Below are positions 10,056-20,142 of a DNA stretch of 64,000 nucleotides, in pieces. Position 1 is the first letter of the stretch, and each line of letters begins with the position of its first letter. The notes under the pieces were generated by a model that worked only from the letters and a program-made list of their open reading frames with translations, did not search any database and was not told the DNA's origin. The DNA comes from Minisyncoccota bacterium (GTDB lineage: Bacteria > Patescibacteriota > Minisyncoccia > JAHIHE01 > JAGLIN01). The stretch is from the NCBI GenBank assembly GCA_041661265.1, contig JBAZUT010000003.1, positions 143,191-207,190 on the forward strand. Reading direction: 5' to 3'. Made by a program: the position numbers and the translations under genes.

Positions 10056-10706
10056 ATGGAACTGTTGTCGCTGGATCTGAACAATAAAGAAAAATATGAT
10101 GACCTTATAAGCAAAGCCGCCTTCTCTTTGAAAAGCGGCAAGGTTTTAGTGTACCCGACAGATACGCTATATGGACTCGGGGCAAACGCCTTTGACGCAA
10201 AAGCGATATTGAATATTTTCAAGATCAAGAGACAAGACCGGAGCAAGCCGATATCAATTATCGCAAGAGATATACCGATGGCAAAAAAAATAGCCTGCAT
10301 AGATTCAAGGGTTGAAAAAATACTGAAGAACATCTGGCCGGGACCGATCACAATAATCCTAAGAAAGAAAGATATAATTCCTCATATACTGACGGCGAAC
10401 GGCGAAACAATAGGAGTGAGAATACCTGCTTTCAAATTCGTAAACGACCTTATGAGCTCGATAGATTTTCCGATCACAGCCACAAGCGCCAACATATCAG
10501 GCGAGAAAAACCTTCTTGCTCCCAAAGATATCTTAAGCAAGTTCTTTCAAGGCGAAAATTGTCCCGATGTTTTTATTGATGCCGGAAAAATTAGAAATCC
10601 GGAGCCTTCAACGATAATTGACCTGACGACTCAAACGCCCAAAATAGTCAGAATAGGCGTTGTCGGTAAAGAAAAAATGCTAGATATTTTTAAGAAATTC
10701 ATTTAG
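10056..10706 (+). CDS. tsaC: L-threonylcarbamoyladenylate synthase (TsaC/Sua5/YrdC)
   Basis: YPTDTLYGL, KRQDRSKP, WPGP, GVRIP, TSANISG and PSTIID motifs. Confidence 0.92.
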   Translation: MELLSLDLNNKEKYDDLISKAAFSLKSGKVLVYPTDTLYGLGANAFDAKAILNIFKIKRQDRSKPISIIARDIPMAKKIACIDSRVEKILKNIWPGPITIILRKKDIIPHILTANGETIGVRIPAFKFVNDLMSSIDFPITATSANISGEKNLLAPKDILSKFFQGENCPDVFIDAGKIRNPEPSTIIDLTTQTPKIVRIGVVGKEKMLDIFKKFI

Positions 10707-11902
10707 TGAATATGTCCAATATTTTCGTAGATCACTTTTTAATGCACAGACTGAAACGGGAGATATCGGAGCTATATGCGACTATCACCATCAAGGACTT
10801 TGCATTTTCAATGATGGCGCTTTATGAACCGATTTTCCTGTTCAAACAATTTAATTCGATCTCTGTCGTTTTTTTGTTTTACACGATAGTCTATGGAATG
10901 TATTTTATCTTTCTCCCTCTGGGAAGCAAACTGGCGGCAAGATATGGTTTTGAGCACTGCATGTTTTACAGCATACCATTCGCGATATTTTATTTTTTGA
11001 CATTATCCCAAGTTCCCGGACATAAAGAATTGATCATTCTATCCATATTTCTCGTTACTGCATATAAGATCCTTTTCTGGCCCGCCTATCACGCTGATTT
11101 TGCGCATTATAGCACTTCAGGCTACAGGGGAAGGGCGCTTAGCATGCTATCGTTCGTTTCCACCTTTTCGACGATAATCGGACCAATAATCGGCGGATAT
11201 ATCCTTTCAAGATTCGGATTCGAAGTCCTTTATCTCACAGTATCGATCATAAGCCTTGCGTCAATTATCCCGCTGTTTACTACGAAAGAACAATTTCAAC
11301 CTCACATATTTTCATACAGAAAAGCCCTTGAGCGGATCTTCACTCCCCATGATCACTATAAAAGAAAAGACTTTTGGGCTTATTTCGGCTTTGGAGAAGA
11401 GATCATAGGAGCGGTCGCTTGGCCGATATTCATATTCCTGATAATTGAAAAGTATTACCTTATGGGTATTATCATAGGCATTTCAACTATTGCCCTTTCG
11501 TTTATATCGCTTTACGTCGGAAAACTTTCCGACACACTCGATGTGGGCGGCAGAAAAAAACTGCTCTATTCAGGCGAAGCTCTGAGGTTCATATCTTGGT
11601 TCCTGAGGCCGTTTGCGGCGAATTGGCTCGGTGTCCTGCTCATTGACGTTTTATCTTCAGGTTCGAAGATCGGAATAAATTATCCACTGATGACCTCTGC
11701 CTACAATAAAGGAGACGACCATAAGGGATTTTTGAAATATATGACTTTTTTTGAAATGTCATTGGCAATGGGCAAGATGCTGATCTCATTTTTTGCTTTA
11801 ATTATTACACTCCTATTCGCGGGCTACGACATGTGGCTTAGCCTTTTCTCATTAGCGGGATTCTGGTCCTTATTATTCATTTGTAAATATAAAAAAGCAT
11901 GA
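10706..11902 (+). CDS. MFS transporter
   Basis: About 12 hydrophobic segments; GSKLAARYG and VGKLSD loop motifs. Confidence 0.8.
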   Translation: MNMSNIFVDHFLMHRLKREISELYATITIKDFAFSMMALYEPIFLFKQFNSISVVFLFYTIVYGMYFIFLPLGSKLAARYGFEHCMFYSIPFAIFYFLTLSQVPGHKELIILSIFLVTAYKILFWPAYHADFAHYSTSGYRGRALSMLSFVSTFSTIIGPIIGGYILSRFGFEVLYLTVSIISLASIIPLFTTKEQFQPHIFSYRKALERIFTPHDHYKRKDFWAYFGFGEEIIGAVAWPIFIFLIIEKYYLMGIIIGISTIALSFISLYVGKLSDTLDVGGRKKLLYSGEALRFISWFLRPFAANWLGVLLIDVLSSGSKIGINYPLMTSAYNKGDDHKGFLKYMTFFEMSLAMGKMLISFFALIITLLFAGYDMWLSLFSLAGFWSLLFICKYKKA

Positions 11903-12705
11903 CGGACATTCTTCAGTCAATCTTTCTCGGAATCGTGCAGGGGGCTTCGGAATTTCTTCCGATATCAAGTTCCGCTCATCTGATCCTGATACCGAAAATA
12001 TTCAATTGGCAAGACCAAGGCTTGGCTTTTGACGTAGCCTTGCATCTGGGTACGCTGTTTGCAGTTTTGACATATTTTTTCAACGACTGGAAACAGGTGA
12101 TCGCTTCATCGCCGCTATTCAAGATCAATAAATCCCCGAGACTGTTTGATTCCCTGAGATCTGATCCGCTTTTTATTATCATCATTTCAACCATACCCGG
12201 TGCATTATCCGGGATCCTGCTGGAAAAGAATGCAGAATCTGTTTTCAGAAATCCGATCCTGATCGCAGGCACCCTGTTCCTTGGAGGTTTGATATTATTC
12301 TATGCCGATCGAACCGGCAAAAAGAATTCGAACAGCATAACGCTCAAAAAAGGATTAGTGATCGGATGCGCTCAGGCTTTTGCGATCATACCGGGAATAT
12401 CCAGAAGCGGAGTCACCATAGCAGCCGCGCTTATCATGGGATTCGACAGAGTTTCCGCAGCACGATTTTCATTCCTGCTTTCAACACCGATCATCCTGGG
12501 AGCCGGAATAAAAGAACTTCCCGTGCTGATGGAGCGGGGGATCGATGCCGGACTTATTTCAGGGATCGTATTTGCATCACTGAGCGGATATCTTGCCATA
12601 AAATACATGATCAGTTATCTTGCAACGCGGAATTACGACCTATTTGTCGCATACAGGATCATTCTGGCAATATTTATCTTTATTTCATTCATGAACACAC
12701 AATGA
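11899..12705 (+). CDS. uppP: Undecaprenyl-diphosphate phosphatase
   Basis: GIVQGASEFLPISSSAH, HLGT, PGISRSG and ARFSFLLS motifs. Confidence 0.95.
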   Translation: MTDILQSIFLGIVQGASEFLPISSSAHLILIPKIFNWQDQGLAFDVALHLGTLFAVLTYFFNDWKQVIASSPLFKINKSPRLFDSLRSDPLFIIIISTIPGALSGILLEKNAESVFRNPILIAGTLFLGGLILFYADRTGKKNSNSITLKKGLVIGCAQAFAIIPGISRSGVTIAAALIMGFDRVSAARFSFLLSTPIILGAGIKELPVLMERGIDAGLISGIVFASLSGYLAIKYMISYLATRNYDLFVAYRIILAIFIFISFMNTQ

Positions 12706-12962
12706 ACAAAACCTACATTAACAAGATCGGATGGTTTGCATCATTAATGGCGGTCTTGATGTTTTCATCATACATAGACCAGATACGCCTGAATTTATCC
12801 GGGAATAAAGGTTCGATCATCCTTCCCATTGCCACAACGGTCAATTGCATATCCTGGTCAGCCTATGCAATGCTCAAGGAAAAGAAAGATTGGCCGCTTT
12901 TTGTCTGCAATGCGATAGGAATTGTTTTTGGCGTCATCACTGCCATCACTGCTCTTGTCTAA
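12702..12962 (+). CDS. SemiSWEET-family sugar transporter
   Basis: 86 aa with three TM helices (IGWFASLMAVLMFSSYIDQI...KKDWPLFVCNAIG). ATGA overlap with the uppP stop, so the real start is 12702, not 12366. Confidence 0.8.
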   Translation: MNKTYINKIGWFASLMAVLMFSSYIDQIRLNLSGNKGSIILPIATTVNCISWSAYAMLKEKKDWPLFVCNAIGIVFGVITAITALV

Positions 12963-13040
12963 GCGATAAAAAAACAGCTCAATCTTCATAATTGATGCCG
13001 TTTTTTTATTCTAAATCCCTTACTATTCGCTTAGCCTTCA

Positions 13041-13436
13041 TCATATTCCTATCTCAAGTTCATCGCGATCCTCCTTGATGCAGGATTTTTTGATCAATTC
13101 GGCAACCAGATGCACTTCTTTATCCGTCTTGAGCCCCAACTCCTGCGGCTTCATCACAAATATTTCGCTTGAAACTGCGCTGTCAAGATCGCTTGAGCCA
13201 AGATGAACTCCTTTTGCTTTTTCAACCTGCACCCGATCTGCAAAATCTCTTATTTTATTGATCACCCTCGACACATTGTCTTCGCCCATCAAATGTTCTA
13301 TATTATGCCTGATGTCGTCGAAATCAATCCTTATCTGATCGCTTCCATTGTCAATCACTATTTCTTTCTCACTAAGAAACTCCATCTCACCTCCACTTGA
13401 TGGATCCGCAAACTCCATGCTGTCTTTGAACTCCAT
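13041..13436 (-). CDS. Hypothetical acidic protein
   Basis: 131-aa ORF in an otherwise empty gap; upstream TTGATT-17-TATTAT; convergent hairpin near 12970-13007. Confidence 0.6.
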   Translation of the reverse strand: MEFKDSMEFADPSSGGEMEFLSEKEIVIDNGSDQIRIDFDDIRHNIEHLMGEDNVSRVINKIRDFADRVQVEKAKGVHLGSSDLDSAVSSEIFVMKPQELGLKTDKEVHLVAELIKKSCIKEDRDELEIGI

Positions 13437-13531
13437 ATATTTGCAACTTATTGATTATTTTGTCTGTGTGCTAAATCCGATGAAATAATAGCATTTTTCT
13501 TCCCAATAATCAAATAAAAAAAGAGTTTATA

Positions 13532-14014
13532 TTATGAATTTATAAACTCCCAGAATATTTTTCTTGCGCGTTCTATGGTCAGATCGGTCATTTTAACACG
13601 TTCTATCTGATCTTTGTTGCGCTTGCCTTTATTATATTCCTCGATCTGTTTATCGTACAAGGGATATTCAGTTTCGCATGTTCTGCCAGTTATCTGATAA
13701 ATCTTATTTTTAAAAATCATCCCCTCCAGCCCATGTTCATCAATCGGCAAAAATAATATAATCGAATCAAGACATACGATCTTCGGTTTTCTGTTGAATG
13801 AACCGAAAATAAACATCTCATCTTCACCGATCTCGTCCGATATTTTTTTTATTTCTGCAGCCGAAAGATCGCCATGACCCAAGAACTCAGCACTCTTCCT
13901 GGCTCTTGATATCAAGCACCAGGACGTATCGTTCATACCATTTTTATTCTGTCCCATTCTCAGACCGAATTTTGTCTTTTTTCTAAAGTGTTTCACAATG
14001 AACTCCAAGCTCAA
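13532..14014 (-). CDS. Orphan hypothetical protein (paralog of 14257-14748)
   Basis: SD GGAGGTG 6 nt before the in-frame TTG at 14014; promoter TTGACA(14096)-17-TATGAT; hairpin 13523-13549 with the stop codon in the loop. Confidence 0.7.
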   Translation of the reverse strand: MSLEFIVKHFRKKTKFGLRMGQNKNGMNDTSWCLISRARKSAEFLGHGDLSAAEIKKISDEIGEDEMFIFGSFNRKPKIVCLDSIILFLPIDEHGLEGMIFKNKIYQITGRTCETEYPLYDKQIEEYNKGKRNKDQIERVKMTDLTIERARKIFWEFINS

Positions 14015-14067
14015 GATATTCACCTCCAAGGATAAATTTGATAACTAAAACCATTATCAAACAGAGT

Positions 14068-14096
14068 ATCATAGCATATACAGCTTACTATGTCAA
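14068..14096 (-). promoter_or_regulatory. Sigma70-type promoter
   Basis: TTGACA, 17-bp spacer, TATGAT with a TG extension. Confidence 0.75.
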
Positions 14097-14135
14097 CCCT
14101 TAGCTCATTCTATGATGAAGTAATTATAAAATAAT

Positions 14136-14234
14136 GACCCCAGCTCCGCTACCAGCTTGACTTTACATAACTGGTCCTGTACGGCCAGCGTCGCCGAAGG
14201 CTGACGGCGAGGCGAGTAGGCAAGTACTGGCACC
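14136..14234. ncRNA. Candidate structured RNA of unknown family
   Basis: GC-rich island in an AT-rich intergenic gap. Two adjacent hairpins (14171-14188 and 14189-14206, the latter with cUUCGg on the minus strand) are enclosed by complementary ends. Confidence 0.4.
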
Positions 14235-14256
14235 ATAATAAAAAGGGATATCATAT

Positions 14257-14748
14257 TTATTTTCCGATAGTCCCTTCAATAATTACCTTTGCCTCCGCTA
14301 ATGTTATGAACTTTATATTTATCGATGTTTTTTTTGAAAGAATCGGGAATCGTGCCGACTTTGCCTTAAAGTCATCAAATTCTTTCCCTTCTTTCCTTGA
14401 AACAATAAGCACTTCGTTCCTTTTTAGCAGATATGCCAATCTATTGATCTCGGAAGTATCTTCCGTGTGATCTGTGCCAAGGTAGATCCTAATCAGCTCT
14501 TTTTCATTCAAGTCTGTTGCGATCTTTTCGATATCTTCTTCCAGAAGGTCCAAACAGCCCTCTCTTTCTCCTTTTTCATTATATAAAATAGCATTTTCTA
14601 TCACACAGCCTTTTGTTCTGATCATTCCATAGGTCAAACCAAATCTTAACTTCTGGCCCAGATCGAATTTCTTTATTCCAAAGTTTTCCAGAGTTTTTTC
14701 ACCTACGACATTGAACAAATAATTCATTATTTTTTTTCCGATTGTCAC
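14257..14748 (-). CDS. Orphan hypothetical protein (paralog of 13532-14014)
   Basis: GTG start with AGGAG SD; promoter TTGACA(14820)-17-TATACT; shares FGLxxG and GxxDL...IxKI motifs with its neighbour. Confidence 0.7.
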   Translation of the reverse strand: MTIGKKIMNYLFNVVGEKTLENFGIKKFDLGQKLRFGLTYGMIRTKGCVIENAILYNEKGEREGCLDLLEEDIEKIATDLNEKELIRIYLGTDHTEDTSEINRLAYLLKRNEVLIVSRKEGKEFDDFKAKSARFPILSKKTSINIKFITLAEAKVIIEGTIGK

Positions 14749-14791
14749 GATAATCGCTCCTGTTGATCATTGAAAACATTATCAACTAAAG

Positions 14792-14820
14792 AGTATATCA
14801 TTTAGCTTGCAATATGTCAA
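14792..14820 (-). promoter_or_regulatory. Sigma70-type promoter
   Basis: TTGACA, 17-bp spacer, TATACT with a TG extension. Confidence 0.75.
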
Positions 14821-14933
14821 TATATATAGGGGGCATACCAGCCGAATGGAACAGGCTGCCTAATAGTATTTGCAAGAAAGCTAAGCTTATTGACAAATAC
14901 AGAAAAATGTGATAGTTTCCATGCAGGAGGAAA

Positions 14934-15314
14934 ATGACCGACCAAGATAGAATTAATAATATTGAAGAACTGAAAAAAAATATTCTTGCCGATAAGAATA
15001 TCGATCCCGACAAGCAAAAAGACGCATTACGCGGTCTGGAAAGAACTCATACGGCGCTTTCAAGAACTGACGAATACTACGTAACTCAAAGAAAAATAAA
15101 AAAGATTGAAAGTAAAATGACAACAATATTTTCACTGCTTTTCCTGATAACTTTCTTTGTTTCTGCATGGGGTATTCCGAATGTCATCGCCCGTTCATCC
15201 GACCCGATTTTCTATATAGCAATGATTGCGCTTGTGCTATGGATGACCAGTTCGTCAATTGCGCCAATAATATATAAAATGCAGCAAAAATTATACAAAC
15301 CGAAAAGTGCCTGA
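14934..15314 (+). CDS. Orphan two-TM membrane protein (paralog of 15390-15788)
   Basis: TTGACA(14890)-17-TAGTTT; AGGAGG SD at 14925; terminator at 15303-15327. Confidence 0.72.
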   Translation: MTDQDRINNIEELKKNILADKNIDPDKQKDALRGLERTHTALSRTDEYYVTQRKIKKIESKMTTIFSLLFLITFFVSAWGIPNVIARSSDPIFYIAMIALVLWMTSSSIAPIIYKMQQKLYKPKSA

Positions 15315-15327
15315 AAGCACTTTTTTT
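15303..15327 (+). terminator. Intrinsic terminator overlapping the stop codon
   Basis: AAAAGTGC-ctgaaa-GCACTTTT followed by a T-run. Confidence 0.75.
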
Positions 15328-15389
15328 CTAGCCTTAGAATGGTTGACATTTAGCAATAAATATGCTATATTTTTCCACAGAGGTGTTTT

Positions 15390-15788
15390 ATGGCAAAGAC
15401 CAAATTAGAGCTATGTCGCGATCTTGATAGTGTGATAAAAGAAATCGATAAAGGCATAGAAGGACTTCCTGAGGAAACGGGCAGGATAATAAGAAAACGT
15501 CTGGTGGAATCCGTGTATGAAACCGATAAACCTGACGCATATTATCCGACAAGAAATAGAATTATAAACGTGATAATGTATGTACTCACGCTCGTTCTGG
15601 TAATTGAAACGATAGTTATTTATGCTTTGCGTGAATCGCATATGCTGAACGCAGATCATATTGTTTACATATTCGGAGCAACATTTATTTTATTATTTTT
15701 TGTGCCAAACAGTGACAAACTCACAGAAAAAATACTAAGGTCGGATAACTTGACCTTAAGAAAAATATTCATACCGCAAAAAAACTGA
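15390..15788 (+). CDS. Orphan two-TM membrane protein (paralog of 14934-15314)
   Basis: TTGACA(15343)-17-TATATT; AGAGGT SD; TGAGC...GCTCA-TTTTT terminator. Confidence 0.72.
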   Translation: MAKTKLELCRDLDSVIKEIDKGIEGLPEETGRIIRKRLVESVYETDKPDAYYPTRNRIINVIMYVLTLVLVIETIVIYALRESHMLNADHIVYIFGATFILLFFVPNSDKLTEKILRSDNLTLRKIFIPQKN

Positions 15789-15826
15789 GCCAAAAAAAGC
15801 TCATTTTTTATTATCCGCCAAATTTG

Positions 15827-15910
<84 letters not shown>

Positions 15911-16165
15911 ATGGATAATTCAAAATTTAAATATCAAAATGAAAAGTTATACTTTATTTAAAGGGGAGTTCGATCTGTTTTATCAATATTTTTGATTTTA
16001 ATACTTGCATTTTGCACTTTATGTGGTCCCTTGACATTTTCAAATCATTCTGCCATTCTAAATTTACAATAATTAGCCGGAAATGAAGTCTCAAATGGGT
16101 AACAATATAAGAATATATTAATCTGGCAATTTGTCAATTCATGATATTTATAATATAATAAAAAT

Positions 16166-16927
16166 ATGAATATTATATCATTAGTTAACCAAAAAGGAGG
16201 AGTAGGGAAGTCTACGACCACGATGAATTTGGGAGCTTATTTGGTTTTGCATGGAAAAAAAGTCCTGCTCATAGACATGGATTCTCAGGCAAACCTCACC
16301 ACCGGACTGGGCTTCCGTCCGGAAAATCTTGAGAAAAACGTTTATCAGGCCATATCCGGAAAGATAAGACTTGAGGATGCGGTTGTTACAACCTCGCTTC
16401 TTAACCTTGATCTCATTCCCGCGACACCGGACCTTGCCGCAGCAACCATAGAGCTGGTTGAGACTGTTGACAGGGAATATGTTTTTTATAATGCTGTGAA
16501 AGTTATCAGCAGCAAGTATGACTTCGTGCTGATCGATTGCCCTCCCAGTCTCGGGCTTTTGACGGTGAACAGCCTCACGGCTTCGGACAAGATCATAATT
16601 CCGATACAATGCGAATATTATGCACTTGAGGGATTGAAACAGCTGTTGGAATCCATCAATCTCATCAAAGATAATCTCAAAGATAATATACAGATATTGG
16701 GCGCGGTGCTCACCATGTTCGATAAGCGAAACCAGCTGTCGCATCAGGTTGTCAAAGAGGTCAGAAGACATTTTCCCGGACATGTTTTTGATGCGATCAT
16801 ACCTCGAAATGTAGCATTAGCTGAAGCGCCAAGCTTCGGGAAAACGATCCTTCAATACGCCCCCGATAGTTCAGGAGCCAAGGCATACAATTATCTTGCC
16901 AAAGAGGTGATCATTAGAACAACATAA
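16166..16927 (+). CDS. parA: Chromosome partitioning ATPase ParA/Soj
   Basis: NQKGGVGKSTT, DSQANLT, IDCPPSLG, QCEYYALEG and IPRNVALAEAPSFG motifs. Confidence 0.95.
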   Translation: MNIISLVNQKGGVGKSTTTMNLGAYLVLHGKKVLLIDMDSQANLTTGLGFRPENLEKNVYQAISGKIRLEDAVVTTSLLNLDLIPATPDLAAATIELVETVDREYVFYNAVKVISSKYDFVLIDCPPSLGLLTVNSLTASDKIIIPIQCEYYALEGLKQLLESINLIKDNLKDNIQILGAVLTMFDKRNQLSHQVVKEVRRHFPGHVFDAIIPRNVALAEAPSFGKTILQYAPDSSGAKAYNYLAKEVIIRTT

Positions 16928-16938
16928 ACAAAATAAAC

Positions 16939-17817
16939 ATGATGAAAAAAAGCAGCTTGGGAACGGGACTTTCATCTCTGATCCCCAGCAAGATAAACAA
17001 AAATGAAACAGGAAGCGATTCGTCGAAGCATTCTCACGGCCAGGACGAAGTTCTCAAAATACCCATCGAGAATATCGTGCCAAATCCGAATCAGCCCAGA
17101 TATTATTTTGACGAAAACAATCTTAAGGACCTTTCTGAATCCATCAAAGAACATGGCGTGATCCAGCCTATAATCGTAACGAAGATCTCAGATAATAAAT
17201 TCGAGCTTATCGCCGGCGAACGAAGACTCCAAGCGTCCAAATTGTCAGGTCTCAGAGAGATCCCGGCGATCGTAAGAGTGGCCACGAATCAGCAGAAACT
17301 CGAACTTGCTCTTGTCGAAAACATCCAAAGACACGACCTCAATGCCATAGAAGAGGCAAAAGCATATCGCAAGCTTCAGAACGAATTCAATTTGAGTCAG
17401 GATGATGTCGCAAAAAAAACCGGCAAGAACAGATCGACTATTGCGAATATAATCAGACTTCTCGAACTTCCGATCGAGATTCAAAGAGGAATAATTGAAA
17501 GAAAAATCACATCGGGCCATGCTCGGGCCATTTTGGGACTTGATAATCCCGAAAAACAAAGAGCTCTCTATGCCTTAATATTGAAAAACGACCTTACCGT
17601 CAGAGAAGCCGAGAACAAAGTCAGAGAAGTATCAGTTCATGCGCATAAAAGGAAAATCACAGAGAACAAAGATCCGAGGATTCAGGATATCGAGGATAAG
17701 GCCCAGCAGAAACTGGGAACAAAGGTCAAGATCAACAAAAGCGGCCCCACAGGCAGAATATTCATAGATTTTTTTTCAGACGAAGAATTCGACAAAATAG
17801 TGGGATTTATCAGCTGA
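16939..17817 (+). CDS. parB: Chromosome partitioning protein ParB/Spo0J
   Basis: LGTGLSSLI, PNPNQPR, IAGERR, ENIQRHDLNAIEEA, HTH and GHARA motifs. Confidence 0.95.
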   Translation: MMKKSSLGTGLSSLIPSKINKNETGSDSSKHSHGQDEVLKIPIENIVPNPNQPRYYFDENNLKDLSESIKEHGVIQPIIVTKISDNKFELIAGERRLQASKLSGLREIPAIVRVATNQQKLELALVENIQRHDLNAIEEAKAYRKLQNEFNLSQDDVAKKTGKNRSTIANIIRLLELPIEIQRGIIERKITSGHARAILGLDNPEKQRALYALILKNDLTVREAENKVREVSVHAHKRKITENKDPRIQDIEDKAQQKLGTKVKINKSGPTGRIFIDFFSDEEFDKIVGFIS

Positions 17818-17900
17818 TATTTTCAAAATCAATTGGCTGAGGAAGTTTAGCTTTATCTGAGTAGGCTTTTTTATTTGACAAAACATATCATAATTTGAGT

Positions 17901-17971
17901 CGGGGTGTAGTATAATGGTAGTACGCGAGCATGGGGTGTTTGTAGCCCGAGTTCGATTCTCGGCACCCCGA
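17901..17971 (+). tRNA. tRNA-Pro(GGG)
   Basis: CGGGGTG acceptor stem pairing with CACCCCG-A; anticodon arm CGAGC-AT-GGG-GT-GTTTG; GTTCGATTC T-loop. Confidence 0.92.
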
Positions 17972-18056
17972 CTTAGACCATGAGATCTATTTTGGAACTG
18001 GAAAAAAAGTGACGATCAAGCATGCAACACATATTCCGCCGAATAACAATGCTCAT

Positions 18057-19052
18057 ATGGACCTGCAGATACTATACGAGTTAATTAAAAACGAACCTTC
18101 CTTCAGATTAAAGCAGATCAAAAGAGCTCTGTTTTTTGATGTGATCGAAGATTGGGACCAGGCAACAACGCTGCCAAAGAGCCTCAGGGACGATCTCAAG
18201 GATAAATTTCCAATCTCGATCAAAGCAGAATGCCATGTTTCAAAAGATAATTCAACAACAAAAGCGCTTATCACGCTGGACGACGGAGAAAAGGTCGAAT
18301 CCGTGCTGATGAAGCATGGGGACGGAAGAAACACGGTCTGCCTCTCCTGCGAAGTCGGATGCCCGCTCGGATGCGAATTTTGCGCAACGGGAAAGATGGG
18401 CTTCAAGCGCAATCTTACATATTCCGAGATCATTATGCAGCTCTTATTTTTTGAGCGCCTATTGAAAAAAGAAAAGGGGAGAGTTACAAATGCCGTATTC
18501 ATGGGAATGGGAGAACCTTTTTTGAATTATGATAACGTCATGGAGTCCATACGGACCATGAACAGCGAAGAATGCTTCAACATCGGAGCTCGCCATATCT
18601 CGATCTCCACGGCCGGTTTGACGGACGGGATCGAAAAACTTTCAAAAGAAAAATTACAGGTCAATCTTGCCATTTCATTTCACGCTCCAAATGACGAACT
18701 TAGAAGCCGGCTTATGCCCATAAACAAAAAATATCCGATCGGCGATATCATGGCGGCCGTCAGAAAATATGCGAATGCCACCAAACGGAAAGTCATGTTC
18801 GAATATGTCATGATCAGCGGCGTGAATGACGGCGAAAAAGAAGCGCGGGAACTTTCCAAACTGATGAGACACCGCCTATTCCTCGTCAACCTGATCTCCT
18901 ATAATCCGACCGGCCTATTCAGTCCCTCCGAGGGAGAAGCGATAAAGGTATTCAAAGATATACTTCTGAAAAATGCCGTGAGCGTGACTCAAAGATATAA
19001 ATTCGGCGTCGGAATAGATGCGGCCTGCGGACAACTTGCTTGTAAGAAATAA
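18057..19052 (+). CDS. rlmN: 23S rRNA/tRNA adenine C2-methyltransferase RlmN
   Basis: CPLGCEFC, FMGMGEP, SFHA, FEYVM and IDAACGQL motifs; ATG 18057 preferred as start. Confidence 0.93.
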   Translation: MDLQILYELIKNEPSFRLKQIKRALFFDVIEDWDQATTLPKSLRDDLKDKFPISIKAECHVSKDNSTTKALITLDDGEKVESVLMKHGDGRNTVCLSCEVGCPLGCEFCATGKMGFKRNLTYSEIIMQLLFFERLLKKEKGRVTNAVFMGMGEPFLNYDNVMESIRTMNSEECFNIGARHISISTAGLTDGIEKLSKEKLQVNLAISFHAPNDELRSRLMPINKKYPIGDIMAAVRKYANATKRKVMFEYVMISGVNDGEKEARELSKLMRHRLFLVNLISYNPTGLFSPSEGEAIKVFKDILLKNAVSVTQRYKFGVGIDAACGQLACKK

Positions 19053-19188
19053 ATTAATATGACCGTTTTTTGGCTATAATCACGCATTATTATGACTATT
19101 GACAAACTAATTAAATATGATATCATTAGCTTAATAAATTTTTCCCAGCCTTATATGCGGGGATTTTTAAATGGAATAATAAAACAAA

Positions 19189-19650
19189 ATGGCTAAACAA
19201 TTCATTACGAAAGAAGGATTAGATAATTTAAAGGAAGAATTGAACTATTTGAAAACAACAAAAAGACAAGAAATTGCCAAAAGGATACAAGATGCGAAGG
19301 AGCTCGGAGATCTGAGCGAAAACGCCGAATACTCGGAGGCGAAGGAACAGCAGGCGCTGAACGAGGCAAAAGTATCCGAGATCGAAGAAACTATCAAAAG
19401 CGCAAATGTCATCGACGACAGGCATGCGAAATCAAATGTCGTGCACATCGGATCAACGATAAATGTCAAATGCGGAAAATCCGACCGTACGTTCACAATA
19501 GTCGGTTCAAACGAAGCAAATCCCCTCGAAGGGAAGATATCAAATGAATCGCCGCTGGCAAAGTCTTTTTTGGGACACAAGGCCGGCGACAAGATCACGG
19601 TTGAAACGCCCAAAGGAAAAGTTGTTTACTCGATAATCAGTGTTTCCTAG
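19189..19650 (+). CDS. greA: Transcription elongation factor GreA
   Basis: GDLSENAEY and ISNESPLA motifs. Confidence 0.97.
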   Translation: MAKQFITKEGLDNLKEELNYLKTTKRQEIAKRIQDAKELGDLSENAEYSEAKEQQALNEAKVSEIEETIKSANVIDDRHAKSNVVHIGSTINVKCGKSDRTFTIVGSNEANPLEGKISNESPLAKSFLGHKAGDKITVETPKGKVVYSIISVS

Positions 19651-19785
19651 AAGAGTCCATCTGATACAAAACAGCAGGTTATATAGGCCTGTTTTTTTGT
19701 ATCCGGCAACATCATAACATCCATAGGTCAGATTTTTTGACTTTTTTGATCTTGCGGTTATAATTACCAAAAAGGAGGTTGTGAA

Positions 19786-20142
19786 ATGTTATTTGAAGCA
19801 TTAAGGATCGTCGGAGTCATTATCAGGAACATAATCAGCACAAACGATCCATGGCTCTTCTATTTAGGAGTTTTTGCGATCAGTTTCATCATCATGTTGA
19901 TATATATGGCGATCATAGACCTGGCCGAATGGCTTCTTGAAAGCAAGGCATGGTTTTGGATCAGCCTGCTGGGGAAAGGAATAACTCCGGAATATCCCGT
20001 GAAATTTGATAAGATCAGGAACAGGGGATGCTATCCCATAGAAGCAAGCAGCGGTCCTTATCGCACTTCGCTCGTAAAAATAGTCCTGAAAATGGAACTT
20101 GGACACACCACGTCCTATGTCAATGTTTATGCCACGCCTTGA
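19786..20142 (+). CDS. Orphan membrane protein
   Basis: TTGACT(19737)-16-TATAAT; AGGAGGT SD; GCCTTG...CAAGGC-T-rich terminator over the stop codon. Confidence 0.7.
   Translation: MLFEALRIVGVIIRNIISTNDPWLFYLGVFAISFIIMLIYMAIIDLAEWLLESKAWFWISLLGKGITPEYPVKFDKIRNRGCYPIEASSGPYRTSLVKIVLKMELGHTTSYVNVYATP

Noticed and set aside
12366-12701. N-terminal 112 aa of the 198-aa ORF
   Set aside because: It overlaps uppP out of frame; only the SemiSWEET part from 12702 is credible.
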